The translations under genes and the position numbers were made by a program. The notes under the pieces were generated by a model. The model was not told where the DNA came from and did no database searches. It saw only the letters and a list, made by a program, of their open reading frames with translations. From a virus (lineage: Duplodnaviria; Caudoviricetes), in the IMG/VR virus record IMGVR_UViG_3300012166_000001, positions 1-52,213 of that record: DNA of 52,213 bases. The stretch is one strand, 5' to 3'. Positions within the stretch are counted from its first letter, which is position 1; each line of letters begins with the position of its first letter. Shown here piece after piece: positions 8,184 through 17,811 of this stretch.

Positions 8184-9484
8184 TGTCACCTGAGATTCAG
8201 AAGGTTGGCCCGCCTCCAGTTACGGAGAAAGGCACGTCTGGCTCCATTGCGGGGGTAATCCCCGCATGGAGTCGGCTGCACACCTTCATTGATTACGACG
8301 AAGTTTCGCCAGAAGTACAGTGGCCCTTGTCGGTAGATGTGTATGACAGGATGCTTAACGACTCACAGGTTAAGGGACTACTGCTCGGTTGCATTCTCCC
8401 GCTTATGCGCTTCCGGTGGTACCTGGATAAGAACGGTTCCCGCCCAGAGGTATACGAAAAGATCAGCAGAGATTACGGGATACCGTTGCTAGACGAGGAG
8501 AACATTACACGCCCACGACTTCGTAACCGATTCAGTTTCAAAAATCATCAGAAAGACGCCTTCCGCTCACTCACCTTCGGACACTACTACTTCGAGCAGG
8601 TAGGTGTTATCGGCGAGGATGGTTTGTGGCATATTAAGAAACTTGCCCCGCGTCGTCCTAAGTCAATCATGGAGATTGAAGTTGCCGATGATGGCGGGTT
8701 GGAAGGTATTAAGCAGGCCGTTGGGCCGATGGCGCCGACGATTCCGGTTAGCCAGTTGGTCGCTTACGTGTGGGATCAGGAAGCCGGTAATTGGGTTGGC
8801 CGCTCAATGCTCCGCGCCTGCTTCCGTAACTACGTGCTCAAGGATGTTCTTATGCGCGTGGACGCGGTTAAGCATGAGCGCGCTGGCGCCGGTACCCCTG
8901 TGATCGAAGCACCCGAGGATGCAACTCCAGAAGTGATCCGAGCCCTGGATCAGATGGCGCAGAAATTCCGGGCCGGTGAGGAGTCGGGTGGAGCTATCCC
9001 ACACGGCGCCAGTCTGGAGCTAACAGGCATTAAGGGGATCGTGCCTTCCACTGTGGATTCAATGAACTTCCATAATGAGGAGATGGCACGCAGCTTCCTA
9101 ATGATGTTCATTAATCTGGGCTCTACCGAAACGGGGAGCCGAGCATTAGGAGCTAGCTTCATTGATTTCTTCGCTTATGCACAGGAAGCAGTAGCGGACT
9201 GGTTCGCTGACGTTTTCAACGAGCACGTAATTGAGGACGACATTGATTGGAATTACGGAGAGAAAGAGGAGCAGGTACCAAAGCTTTGTTATGCCCGCGT
9301 CTCAGAAGAGGATCTTCCGACTTCCGATCTAGTAAGTCTGATTGATTCCGGTGGCGTCCAAGTGGACCCAGAGTTGGAGAATTACATTCGGCGGCGGTAC
9401 AGGTTGCCGCAAGTCGATTCGAATTACATTAACCCTAATCCGCCTGATCTTCCGAGAAATGGAAATGGCAATGGCAACGATTGA
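8183..9484 (+). CDS. portal protein (DUF935 / Mu gp29-like)
   Basis: VYDRML.DSQV.G, G.SMLR, GSRALG..F motifs; upstream of protease and capsid genes. Confidence 0.9.
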   Translation: MSPEIQKVGPPPVTEKGTSGSIAGVIPAWSRLHTFIDYDEVSPEVQWPLSVDVYDRMLNDSQVKGLLLGCILPLMRFRWYLDKNGSRPEVYEKISRDYGIPLLDEENITRPRLRNRFSFKNHQKDAFRSLTFGHYYFEQVGVIGEDGLWHIKKLAPRRPKSIMEIEVADDGGLEGIKQAVGPMAPTIPVSQLVAYVWDQEAGNWVGRSMLRACFRNYVLKDVLMRVDAVKHERAGAGTPVIEAPEDATPEVIRALDQMAQKFRAGEESGGAIPHGASLELTGIKGIVPSTVDSMNFHNEEMARSFLMMFINLGSTETGSRALGASFIDFFAYAQEAVADWFADVFNEHVIEDDIDWNYGEKEEQVPKLCYARVSEEDLPTSDLVSLIDSGGVQVDPELENYIRRRYRLPQVDSNYINPNPPDLPRNGNGNGND

Positions 9485-11015
9485 CTTAGCAGAGTTTGTG
9501 ACGGTTAGAGATATTCCCGTACTGGAGACGGGGATTAATTACCCTGCCAGCACGGGGCCGTTTACGTGTACCTCTTCGATGCTAGAGGAGGCGGTGCTAT
9601 CCCAGAGCGACCCGCACATCCTGCCGCCAAGGGTAAAGATCGGACACAGTGATAACCCGATTAACGATGACTTGCAATCCCTGTGGGAGGAATTGAACGG
9701 GGACCGCGATGAGAGTAAGCCTGCGTTGGGGACGATCCAGAATTTGAGGGTTACAGAGGACGGGCAGACACTCATCGGAGACTTCTACGGAGTACCCGCC
9801 TGGTTGGCGGCGATTCTTGAAACAGCTTACCCGGCCCGCTCGATTGAGGGCGGGCACTGGAAGAACGATGCAAACGGTAAGGACTACGCCTTCACACTGG
9901 AAGCAGTATCACTACTCGGCGTAGTCGGTCCTGGCTGTACGTCGCTTGCCGACCTACAGGAATTGTTCTCCAGAGAGGGGCCGAATGTGACTGTGGTAGA
10001 AATGTCACAGTCAAATGAAAGAGGAGGTAATCCCATGCCGGTTGTCGCTCAGGTGAACGTCGAGGATATTCGCCGGGCCTTCTATGACGATTGGGCTCAG
10101 GGTGATCGTTACTGGTTTTGGGATCGTGAACTTCTAATTGATCCCTTGGAAATGATTATCCAAGATCCCGATACAGGACAGTTGTACAAACTCCCCATTA
10201 ACCTGAAAGATGGCGACGGTATTGAGTCGGTAGATTTCGGGACAGCGGAGCCGGTGAAAGTTAAATATGTACCGGACTCCTCTGGGGAGGAGATCGAGGT
10301 AGAGGCTGCGAGGCTTATTGCTCCGCAGATCAAAGGAGCGGGCCAAGTGCTCGCAGTTAATCACAAACCGTTCCGCTTGGAAGAGTACGAGCGGAGGAAG
10401 GAGGCACCTAGAATGGGTGTCAATATTCCTACTCTACGGAAAGTATTGGATGTGGGTGAAGATCTTCTCCCCGACGATGCTTCCGAGGAGCAGATTAATG
10501 CTATGTTGGCTCTAGCCGAAGAGGGTAGAGTTGAAGACGAAGAGGTAAGAGTCGAAGATGAAGAAGTAAGAGTTGAGCCCGAAATAGAGGGCGATGGTGA
10601 GGAAGAGGAGGAAGATAATCCTCCCGAACTGAGAGTGGATGACGACGGTACGGTGAAGGTAGATGCCGAGCAGTTTAAGTCCCTCCAGGGTGCGGCTCAG
10701 ATGGGAGCAGATGCACGTAAGGTGCAACTCAGTACTGAGCGCGAAAATCTCCTCACTAAAGCGGTCGAGGATGGAAAGATTCCACCCGCCCGTAAGGAGC
10801 ATTGGAGGAAGCTGTACAAAGCCGATCCCGAAGGGACTAAGGCAACGATTGAATCGTTGGCGGATGTTGTCCCGCTTAAGGAGCGCGGTTCTTCACCTAG
10901 TGAGGACACTGCCTCTGCTGAGGGTTACGATCAAAGCTGGCTCTCCGCTAAGGAGCGCGAGCAGGTCGCAGAGGCCCGCAGAACCTCCAGTCCGATTACA
11001 CAGGAGGTTAGTTAA
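9459..11015 (+). CDS. prohead protease-scaffold (Mu I/Z-like)
   Basis: VKIGH, G.I.NLR, YP.RSIE, L.AV.LLG..P protease motifs; C-terminal AV.DGKIPPA scaffold region; start at one of ATG 9459/9465/9471. Confidence 0.8.
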   Translation: MEMAMATIDLAEFVTVRDIPVLETGINYPASTGPFTCTSSMLEEAVLSQSDPHILPPRVKIGHSDNPINDDLQSLWEELNGDRDESKPALGTIQNLRVTEDGQTLIGDFYGVPAWLAAILETAYPARSIEGGHWKNDANGKDYAFTLEAVSLLGVVGPGCTSLADLQELFSREGPNVTVVEMSQSNERGGNPMPVVAQVNVEDIRRAFYDDWAQGDRYWFWDRELLIDPLEMIIQDPDTGQLYKLPINLKDGDGIESVDFGTAEPVKVKYVPDSSGEEIEVEAARLIAPQIKGAGQVLAVNHKPFRLEEYERRKEAPRMGVNIPTLRKVLDVGEDLLPDDASEEQINAMLALAEEGRVEDEEVRVEDEEVRVEPEIEGDGEEEEEDNPPELRVDDDGTVKVDAEQFKSLQGAAQMGADARKVQLSTERENLLTKAVEDGKIPPARKEHWRKLYKADPEGTKATIESLADVVPLKERGSSPSEDTASAEGYDQSWLSAKEREQVAEARRTSSPITQEVS

Positions 11016-11017
11016 TC

Positions 11018-11428
11018 ATGGGTGCAGCTAACGAGTGCATTCCGTATTACGAGCCCGGCACCCGCATTACTGGTCATGCCAGCGCGGCGGTAGTCGGGAA
11101 GCGAGTTGCAGATATCTCTGCGGATTCTCAGTCGGGGCCGGGACTTTCGGCTACGGCTGAGGGTGGCAACATTGTAGTTGCCACTGCCGCTGCGAGAGCT
11201 AAAGGTATCGGCGTGTTTTCGCACGACGCTGCCAGAGATGAAAAGGTTACTGTGCTCTGCTCCCCTATGGTGGTTCCAATTACGGCGGAAGCCGGAATTA
11301 CCGCCGGGGAAGAGGTACAGGTTGGCGCTGCCGGTGGTGTTGTTAAATATTCCGACGGCGCCAAAATCGGCCGCGCTCTAGCAACCGCTGCCGACAGAGA
11401 TGACACGATGGTGAAGCTTTATGACTAA
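11018..11428 (+). CDS. capsid decoration/cement protein (DUF2190-like)
   Basis: Small Gly/Ala-rich protein between scaffold and MCP; ITAG..V.VGA.G...IGRAL..A. Confidence 0.75.
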   Translation: MGAANECIPYYEPGTRITGHASAAVVGKRVADISADSQSGPGLSATAEGGNIVVATAAARAKGIGVFSHDAARDEKVTVLCSPMVVPITAEAGITAGEEVQVGAAGGVVKYSDGAKIGRALATAADRDDTMVKLYD

Positions 11429-12470
11429 GCACACCGTTGTAGAAAGGAGCAAGAGCATGGATAAGTCTGATTTCCTAGAACTTGCTCACGATTTGGCAGA
11501 GGCGAATAGATCGTCTCGGCTTGCCGTGGCAAGGAACATCCGTGCTGGACTGCCGCCCATTATGGGAGCGGACGGGGGTAACCCCTCTCACCCGTTGGGA
11601 CCGCCTACGGTTTCCGGCAATACCATTACGGTTGACACGATGCTTAAACAGCCAACCCGTGTTACCCGTATGATTATGGATCTGTCCCTCCAGAAATTCA
11701 TCGCCGACCGTGTGTTTTCCAGCGCCGGTGGTGTACAGGGTGGGGCGGTTATTTACGATCAGGCTGTCGAGAATGAACTATATACTGACCGGGATGTGCA
11801 GCGAGTAGCCCCGTCAGGTGAATTCCCTCTCGTCACTGCACCGCGCTTGATTCCGAAACTCGCAGAAGTCGAGAAGTGGGGCGGCAAGGTCTTCATTACT
11901 GATGAGGCTAGAGACCGCAACGACGCTGCCGGTTTCACAAATAAGGTGCGGCAACTGACCAACACTATTATCCGTAAGATTAATCAGCGTTCGGTAGAAG
12001 TATTGGACGCTGCAATCGCAGCGGGTACCCGTAGAGCTACGGGTGTGGATTGGTCTACTGTTGTGGTAGGTGGTTCCGGCCAGTCGAACGCAGACAAATT
12101 CCCTGCACGGGACTTTGCCTTGGTCGATCAGTTGGCCACTGAGGATGAGCTAGGGGTTAAGTACACCCTGTGGCTTCTTAATCCTCAAGAGTACACGCAA
12201 CTCATCATCATTTACGGGGCACAGGGGCTCACCGAGCTTCTGAACGCACTAAACATTAGTGTGTACGTGTCCAACCGTATTACGGCTGGTAAAGCCCTAG
12301 TAGTTGCTGAGGGACAGGTCGGGGAGATGCGGATTGAAAAGCCGCTGTCATCCGAGACCTGGCGTGATCCCGAAGGACGGGAGCGGACGTGGTTGCAGTC
12401 AAGCGTCCGTCCAATCATGTATGTGACTAACCCGTTCGCTGTCCTAGAGGTTTCAGGACTGAACGGTTAA
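11421..12470 (+). CDS. major capsid protein (HK97 fold)
   Basis: V.P.GEFP, VEKWGGKV.ITDEARDRN, P.MYVTNP.AV motifs; alternative start ATG 11457 after AAGGAG. Confidence 0.88.
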   Translation: MTKHTVVERSKSMDKSDFLELAHDLAEANRSSRLAVARNIRAGLPPIMGADGGNPSHPLGPPTVSGNTITVDTMLKQPTRVTRMIMDLSLQKFIADRVFSSAGGVQGGAVIYDQAVENELYTDRDVQRVAPSGEFPLVTAPRLIPKLAEVEKWGGKVFITDEARDRNDAAGFTNKVRQLTNTIIRKINQRSVEVLDAAIAAGTRRATGVDWSTVVVGGSGQSNADKFPARDFALVDQLATEDELGVKYTLWLLNPQEYTQLIIIYGAQGLTELLNALNISVYVSNRITAGKALVVAEGQVGEMRIEKPLSSETWRDPEGRERTWLQSSVRPIMYVTNPFAVLEVSGLNG

Positions 12471-12481
12471 GGAGAAAGACA

Positions 12482-12919
12482 ATGGGTAAGACCGAAATGG
12501 AGACACGTAAGGTTAAAATTCGGGCACATTCCTACCTCAAGGATCTCGTTGACGCATTTGGTAACGAAAAGACTCTGTACCGTGTTGCTAAGCGCGGAGA
12601 CGAGATCCAATTGTCTGCTAAAGAGGCAAGGCGCGGCGACTCCCTTGGAGCCTTCTGGAAAGAGGACGAAGAGGAGGCACTGCAAGAGGCTTTGGCGGCT
12701 AGCGGTGAGGAGGGTGGTTCATTCGATCCGGCGGAAGCGGGCGAAGATGAACTGGTTGCATGGATCGAGACGGAAAACCCAACTGTGTCTGACATGCTAG
12801 AGGCGGCTGGCGGCGACCCGGACGTTGCACGCCGGTTGCTCGAAGCAGAGCAAGCCACAGGTGATCCTCGTAAAGGGGCCGTTGAGGGGCTTGGGGCTGT
12901 TATTACCCGAGCACCCTAA
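12482..12919 (+). CDS. head-associated hypothetical protein
   Basis: AAGGAG RBS; C-terminal LEAEQA...PRKG..L helical motif; follows MCP. Confidence 0.55.
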   Translation: MGKTEMETRKVKIRAHSYLKDLVDAFGNEKTLYRVAKRGDEIQLSAKEARRGDSLGAFWKEDEEEALQEALAASGEEGGSFDPAEAGEDELVAWIETENPTVSDMLEAAGGDPDVARRLLEAEQATGDPRKGAVEGLGAVITRAP

Positions 12920-12926
12920 AGAAAAA

Positions 12927-12977
12927 GGCCACTGGAATCCCCGCCGGGCAATTCGGTTCGGTGGGGATTCGCGGCCA
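12927..12977 (+). terminator. strong hairpin after the capsid module
   Basis: GAATCCCCGCCGGGC (12935-12949) pairs with GTTCGGTGGGGATTC (12956-12970); no clear U-tract. Confidence 0.6.
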
Positions 12978-13001
12978 CTTACTTAAGGAAGAGTCTCAAA
13001 A

Positions 13002-13484
13002 ATGGCTGACTTCGTTTTTAATATAGCTAAAGGCCGGATTGTGGAGTATTACAATCGGGTAGAGAATAACGATCCTAGTACATCCGCACTTGTTATCGTC
13101 CTGCTGGCCACCACGGGTGTTGAATCCGATGCAGTGTTGGTCGATAAGGATGATTTGGCGGCGGTGGTTTCTGGAGCAACTAACGAGGCGACCAATACGG
13201 GTTACTCCCGCAGAGTTCTTACTGACACAGAACTCGCCGCTCTGCCTGCGCCTGATGACGGTAATGATCGGTATGACATTGATATTCCCGATCTTACTTG
13301 GTCAGCCGTAGCCAACGATGGCACTGGCGCCGTCTCAGACTTACTAGTCTGTTATGACGCTAACACTGGCGCTGGCACGGACTCAGATATTATCCCTCTA
13401 ACCTGCCATGACTTCGCTGTGACGCCTGACGGCTCGGACATAACAGCGGTGATCGCGGCGGCGGGATTCTTCAGGGCTAGTTAA
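13002..13484 (+). CDS. virion structural protein (head/neck fibre-associated)
   Basis: E...TGY.R..L and P.G.DIT.....G.F motifs typical of small virion beta-proteins preceding a long fibre gene. Confidence 0.6.
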   Translation: MADFVFNIAKGRIVEYYNRVENNDPSTSALVIVLLATTGVESDAVLVDKDDLAAVVSGATNEATNTGYSRRVLTDTELAALPAPDDGNDRYDIDIPDLTWSAVANDGTGAVSDLLVCYDANTGAGTDSDIIPLTCHDFAVTPDGSDITAVIAAAGFFRAS

Positions 13485-13495
13485 GGGTGCTTTAA

Positions 13496-15634
13496 GTGGC
13501 TATCCCAACACAGGTACAGGATGAGAGCGGAAGCGGGGCAGGGTCGCTATCTAGCCTTCTGCCTGTAGGTTGGCAGGATGGCGACATTGTTTATGTGTGG
13601 ATCGGTTGCCTAACCACGGATTCACTCCCAACCACAACGGGTGCCTCTCCTCCTAACATCGCGGCTTCCGATTCAGGATGGACTCAAGAGGCGGGTAGCC
13701 CGCAAGGTGTAACAGGCGGAACTAAACTGTATATGTTCTGGCGCCGGATGAGAACCGGGGATACGTCTCCACAGACGGGAGACTCCGGTGCTTATCAGGT
13801 GTTTAACGCCGTCGCAATACGCGGAGCCTTAGCTTCAGGTACACCCCATGAGGCGACGGCGTTCGGGTCGGAGACGACTTCTGATACGAGTCTTTCTATA
13901 CCCTCAATTAGAACTTTGGGGGCTGACCGTTACATCCTTGGCGCCTGCACAACAGGGGCCGACAAAACAACATCGCAGTTTGATTTGTGGACTAACTCTA
14001 ATCTCGCCAATATAGGAGAGATTAAAGATGAGTGTACTAATGTCGGTGACGGAGGCGGCGTCGCCTCTTATGCAGGAGAGAAAGCTACCCAGGGGGACAC
14101 GGGAGCAACTACAGCTACTTTGGCTACAGCTTCGCCTAAGGCGTATGTTCACTTCGCAGTTATTCCCGCCTCTTCCGCACAACAAGTTAACGTAAAACAA
14201 TCCACAGAGACAAGCGCCTCGCAGTCTTCCGGCAAGATTAAGAGAAAGTCACTTACACAGAGAACCGAAACCCAACTGGCGCAAGCCACCGGCAAGGTGA
14301 AGACAAAAGCAGTAGCCGAGGTTCTGGCCGGTGTTGATAGAGCGTTGGCTATTGCTTTCTTACGGACCTACACAGTTAAAATAGCTTCGGAAGCGGGTAC
14401 TGCTCAAGTCGCAGGGAAGTTGAAGGTTAAGGTGGTAGCGCAACCGTCCGCGACAGAGGTAGCCCTAACCATCGGCCCCTCCCGCGCATTCCCCGTAGGC
14501 CAAGTGACAGAGGCAGATGCCCCCGGCAACATTGCGGCTGGAGAGTTGCGGCCTGTGGGCGACGCGCAGGAAACGTCCCTGGCGCTCAGAATCAGCGCGG
14601 AGCGGTCCTACTCCCTGGGGCAGGCTTCCAGCGCCTCCAGCGCCCTAAGAGCGGCCCCTGTGCGTACACGTAGGATCGACGTAGTGCAGGCGGTCGAGCC
14701 CAACTCGGCCGAGTTGATCGGCAAGGCCAGAGCGTACGCCCCGACTCAGACAGGCGAGAGAGACGTGGCCATGAACGTCGCCGCCACGCACGCCGTACCT
14801 GTCGAGCAGGTCGAGCAAGCCAGCATGGCACAGTCGATCACGCCGATGAAGACTTATGCAGTCGGTTTGCCTATAGATACCAGTTCGGCTCAAATCTTAA
14901 CGTCGAGTAAGGCATTAGGAATTAGCTCCACTGTATCTGTCGATAGAGCCTTAGTCAGCGCGGCTCTTAAGGCATATCAACTTAAACAAGTATTTGAACA
15001 GGATTCCGCGCAGATCATTAGCGGTAAAGGGGAGCAGTTAATCTCTGTCGCGCAGGTTTTTGAAACGGATACTTCCTTTAGAGTAACTGCCCCGATCAAA
15101 GCTACGATTGGTCAGGTTACGGAAGCCGACAAAACAGGGTCCGTTGCGCCTCTCAAATCAAAGGTGTTGGGGCAGGTTGCCGAGACGAGCCTACCGCAAT
15201 CGGTTTCTAGCATTCACCTTAAGACTTTGGCGCAGATTAATGATTCCAACTTCGCACAATCGGTAGGTAAGCTGCGTAGCGTAACTCTAAGTGAGACTTT
15301 GAGTAACGAAGGGGCTGGGGCGTTCGAGTCGCTTAAGGAAATACTGCTCGGATTTGTAACGGAAACGGACTTCGCCTTAGAGGTTAGTGACAAAGCTCCC
15401 CCCATACTTGTCCTTGTCGGGGAGTCGGCGTCGCTTGAGATCGCGTTGGCGGTGCTCCGCAAAGCAAGGATGGGTAGCGGTGTTGTTAGTACCGAAGAGG
15501 TTGGACAGGTTTTCCGCATCTCGGAGCCGGTGGGTTCAGGGTCGGCCAGTGAGTCGAGCGGCAGAGGACTTACCGGCGATGAGCGGGTGGGATCTTCTAG
15601 AACCAGTACCGAGCCGGTTGGGGGTACAGAGTGA
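13496..15634 (+). CDS. long repetitive virion fibre protein
   Basis: Globular N-domain then many ~22-aa V.Q..E...A repeats; lies between head and neck genes. Confidence 0.6.
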   Translation: MAIPTQVQDESGSGAGSLSSLLPVGWQDGDIVYVWIGCLTTDSLPTTTGASPPNIAASDSGWTQEAGSPQGVTGGTKLYMFWRRMRTGDTSPQTGDSGAYQVFNAVAIRGALASGTPHEATAFGSETTSDTSLSIPSIRTLGADRYILGACTTGADKTTSQFDLWTNSNLANIGEIKDECTNVGDGGGVASYAGEKATQGDTGATTATLATASPKAYVHFAVIPASSAQQVNVKQSTETSASQSSGKIKRKSLTQRTETQLAQATGKVKTKAVAEVLAGVDRALAIAFLRTYTVKIASEAGTAQVAGKLKVKVVAQPSATEVALTIGPSRAFPVGQVTEADAPGNIAAGELRPVGDAQETSLALRISAERSYSLGQASSASSALRAAPVRTRRIDVVQAVEPNSAELIGKARAYAPTQTGERDVAMNVAATHAVPVEQVEQASMAQSITPMKTYAVGLPIDTSSAQILTSSKALGISSTVSVDRALVSAALKAYQLKQVFEQDSAQIISGKGEQLISVAQVFETDTSFRVTAPIKATIGQVTEADKTGSVAPLKSKVLGQVAETSLPQSVSSIHLKTLAQINDSNFAQSVGKLRSVTLSETLSNEGAGAFESLKEILLGFVTETDFALEVSDKAPPILVLVGESASLEIALAVLRKARMGSGVVSTEEVGQVFRISEPVGSGSASESSGRGLTGDERVGSSRTSTEPVGGTE

Positions 15635-16410
15635 GTATTGATCGCGGTGATATTCGTAGACTTAACTTCGAGGTTCGGGACTCTGAGGACAGACTTACCG
15701 ATCCGACCGAACTTAAACTGTTTATCCAGCCCCCCGAAGAGGGAACTGAGATAAGACGTGAGTATCCGCCCTCAGGTGACATTGTTCGTGAGGACATTGG
15801 CCTGTACTCCTCAGAGTTGGAATTGGATGAGGACGGCCTGTGGTCATTCCGTTGGGAAACTAAAGGTGTTGTACAGGTTTCCGAAGAGGGCACAATCTAT
15901 GTGGATGGGGGAGCGTTCGATCCCGGTCCCGATCTTGGCGTCTACGCGCCAACAGTTAGGGAGATCGGGCAGTTTATGATCTCTCGCACTACAGGCACTA
16001 AATGGGGGGACGAACTTGGCACCTTCAATGAGGACACAGAGCCGACTGGCGAGCAGGTCGCGAGATACATTGTGGAGGCTTATAACGAAGTATCGTCTGT
16101 GGTAGGGGACTTGGATCAAGATGAGGGTACGTTCCCCTGTATTGTCAGGACTAGGAGACGGGCTAAGAGTGCCGTTATTGTTTACACAGCAATGCTTATG
16201 GAGATAGGTAAGTTTTCTGAGCAGATTGGTACCGGGGGTACATCGCCGTTTGATCGCTTGGAGAGACTGTACAACGGCAAGATGAAAACCCTAATCACAT
16301 CGGTAACTGATTGTGTGGGAGGGGAGCCTGGCGCGGTAGGGGACTCCACCGCTGGAATGCCTAGTTACAACTTCGGCAATATCGAAGGCGTAGCGGAGAG
16401 GGAGTTCTAA
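15631..16410 (+). CDS. head-tail adaptor with N-terminal Ig-like domain
   Basis: N-terminal LTDPT...G.Y.....DE.G.W.FRW beta-sandwich plus helical adaptor-like C-terminus; position. Confidence 0.6.
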   Translation: MSIDRGDIRRLNFEVRDSEDRLTDPTELKLFIQPPEEGTEIRREYPPSGDIVREDIGLYSSELELDEDGLWSFRWETKGVVQVSEEGTIYVDGGAFDPGPDLGVYAPTVREIGQFMISRTTGTKWGDELGTFNEDTEPTGEQVARYIVEAYNEVSSVVGDLDQDEGTFPCIVRTRRRAKSAVIVYTAMLMEIGKFSEQIGTGGTSPFDRLERLYNGKMKTLITSVTDCVGGEPGAVGDSTAGMPSYNFGNIEGVAEREF

Positions 16411-16904
16411 TGCCCGGACGCTTCTATCTGGATTTCACTGTTACCGGAGAGACTGCGGTTGCCCGCAAGATTCAAGCAATGGGTATGCGGATTATGAACC
16501 CACTCCCCGCATTTACACAGATTGTACAAATGATGGAGGACGATATAGAGGAGTTGTTTGAGAGTGAGGGAGCCTCTTCCGGTAAACCGTGGGCTCCACT
16601 TGAACCGGCAACAATAGTGCAGAAGATTAGGAAGGGTCAGAACGTAAACACTCTGACTGCTACCGAAAGGTTGCGGGACTCTCTAACAGGGGGGGAAGGC
16701 GGGGCGACGAAGATTACTCCGGTTGGAATTGACTTCGGCTCTGAGGTAACCACAGAGAGTGGGATTAACTTGGCTGCCTTGCATCGGGGGGGTACCTATA
16801 CGATGCCAGCCCGTGACCCCGTAGATTTCAACCCCCAACAAATCCTGTCTTACGTAAAGGTGTTGGAACGGTACATAGTCGAGGGATTGGCAGGTAAACG
16901 GTAA
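16410..16904 (+). CDS. virion morphogenesis protein (Mu gpG / P2 S-like)
   Basis: F..EG...G..W.PL.P.T, L..T.RLRDSL, H..G...MPAR motifs. Confidence 0.8.
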   Translation: MPGRFYLDFTVTGETAVARKIQAMGMRIMNPLPAFTQIVQMMEDDIEELFESEGASSGKPWAPLEPATIVQKIRKGQNVNTLTATERLRDSLTGGEGGATKITPVGIDFGSEVTTESGINLAALHRGGTYTMPARDPVDFNPQQILSYVKVLERYIVEGLAGKR

Positions 16905-17515
16905 TGACTCTGTTTGACGTAATGAAGACTGGATGGGATGTAGAGCAGGCGGTTATGAACCATCTTGATTACTGGTTGCCCGCTTACTTGGCAGAGATCG
17001 AGCGGCAACGAGGGATCAGAGCTAAATCCTTGCCGATGATTAAAGCCTTCACTAGCTCTAACCAATTCCGTAAGTGGCCTGACGAACGCTTCCCAACCTG
17101 TGTTGTAATCAGCCCTGGGATTGTCGGCGAGCCTTTGAGGGATGGTGAGGGTAAGTACCGCGCCAATTGGGCAGCGGGAGTTGCGGTTGTGGTTAAGGGC
17201 CGCAAGAGATCTGAAGTGTCAGAGACGGCAAAGCTATATACCGCTGCGGTTCGGGGAGCCATATTACAACACCCGTCACTAGATAACTTCGCTGGGGGAG
17301 TGGATTGGATTGACGAAACTTACACAGATGTTCCAGTGGAGGATGAGCGCACGTTAGGAGCGGCGCAAGGAATCTTTCTAGTTGAGGTAAGGGGTGCAGT
17401 TAATACCAATGCTGGTTTAGTTACTGCCCCCGATGACCCATATGACGTACCGAGAGACTGGCCAACGGTTCAGACAGTAGATATTAGAGTCGAGAGGCTA
17501 GAAGAGGAGGAGTAG
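16904..17515 (+). CDS. tail terminator / neck protein
   Basis: Position before sheath; P..V.ISP motif; size. Confidence 0.6.
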   Translation: MTLFDVMKTGWDVEQAVMNHLDYWLPAYLAEIERQRGIRAKSLPMIKAFTSSNQFRKWPDERFPTCVVISPGIVGEPLRDGEGKYRANWAAGVAVVVKGRKRSEVSETAKLYTAAVRGAILQHPSLDNFAGGVDWIDETYTDVPVEDERTLGAAQGIFLVEVRGAVNTNAGLVTAPDDPYDVPRDWPTVQTVDIRVERLEEEE

Positions 17516-17811
17516 TGTCAAAGCAAGATACATACCGTGTCGTTAGTCGGCACGTCGAAAGCCTCTCTTGCGGTCAAATGCTGGACCCTGGAGAGACTTC
17601 TAATCGAGTTGATTTGTTAGACCCTAGCGATAAGGCTTTGCTAGAGGATGGCAGGTTAGTGTTGGTCACAGAATCTAAGATCGACGCAACAGAAGCGGCC
17701 ATCGAGCGAGCCGGAGAGTTGGGAGTAGATTTGCAAAACGTTACGGGGACAGGTGCTGGCGGTCGTATTACGCTAGATGATGTTCCCGACGAACAGAAGG
17801 AGGAAGACTAA
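17515..17811 (+). CDS. small protein with E3-binding (peripheral subunit-binding) domain
   Basis: ATEAAIERAGELGVDLQNVTGTGAGGRITLDDV matches the PSBD consensus A.P.AR.LA.E.GVDL..V.GTG..GRI...DV. Confidence 0.75.
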   Translation: MSKQDTYRVVSRHVESLSCGQMLDPGETSNRVDLLDPSDKALLEDGRLVLVTESKIDATEAAIERAGELGVDLQNVTGTGAGGRITLDDVPDEQKEED

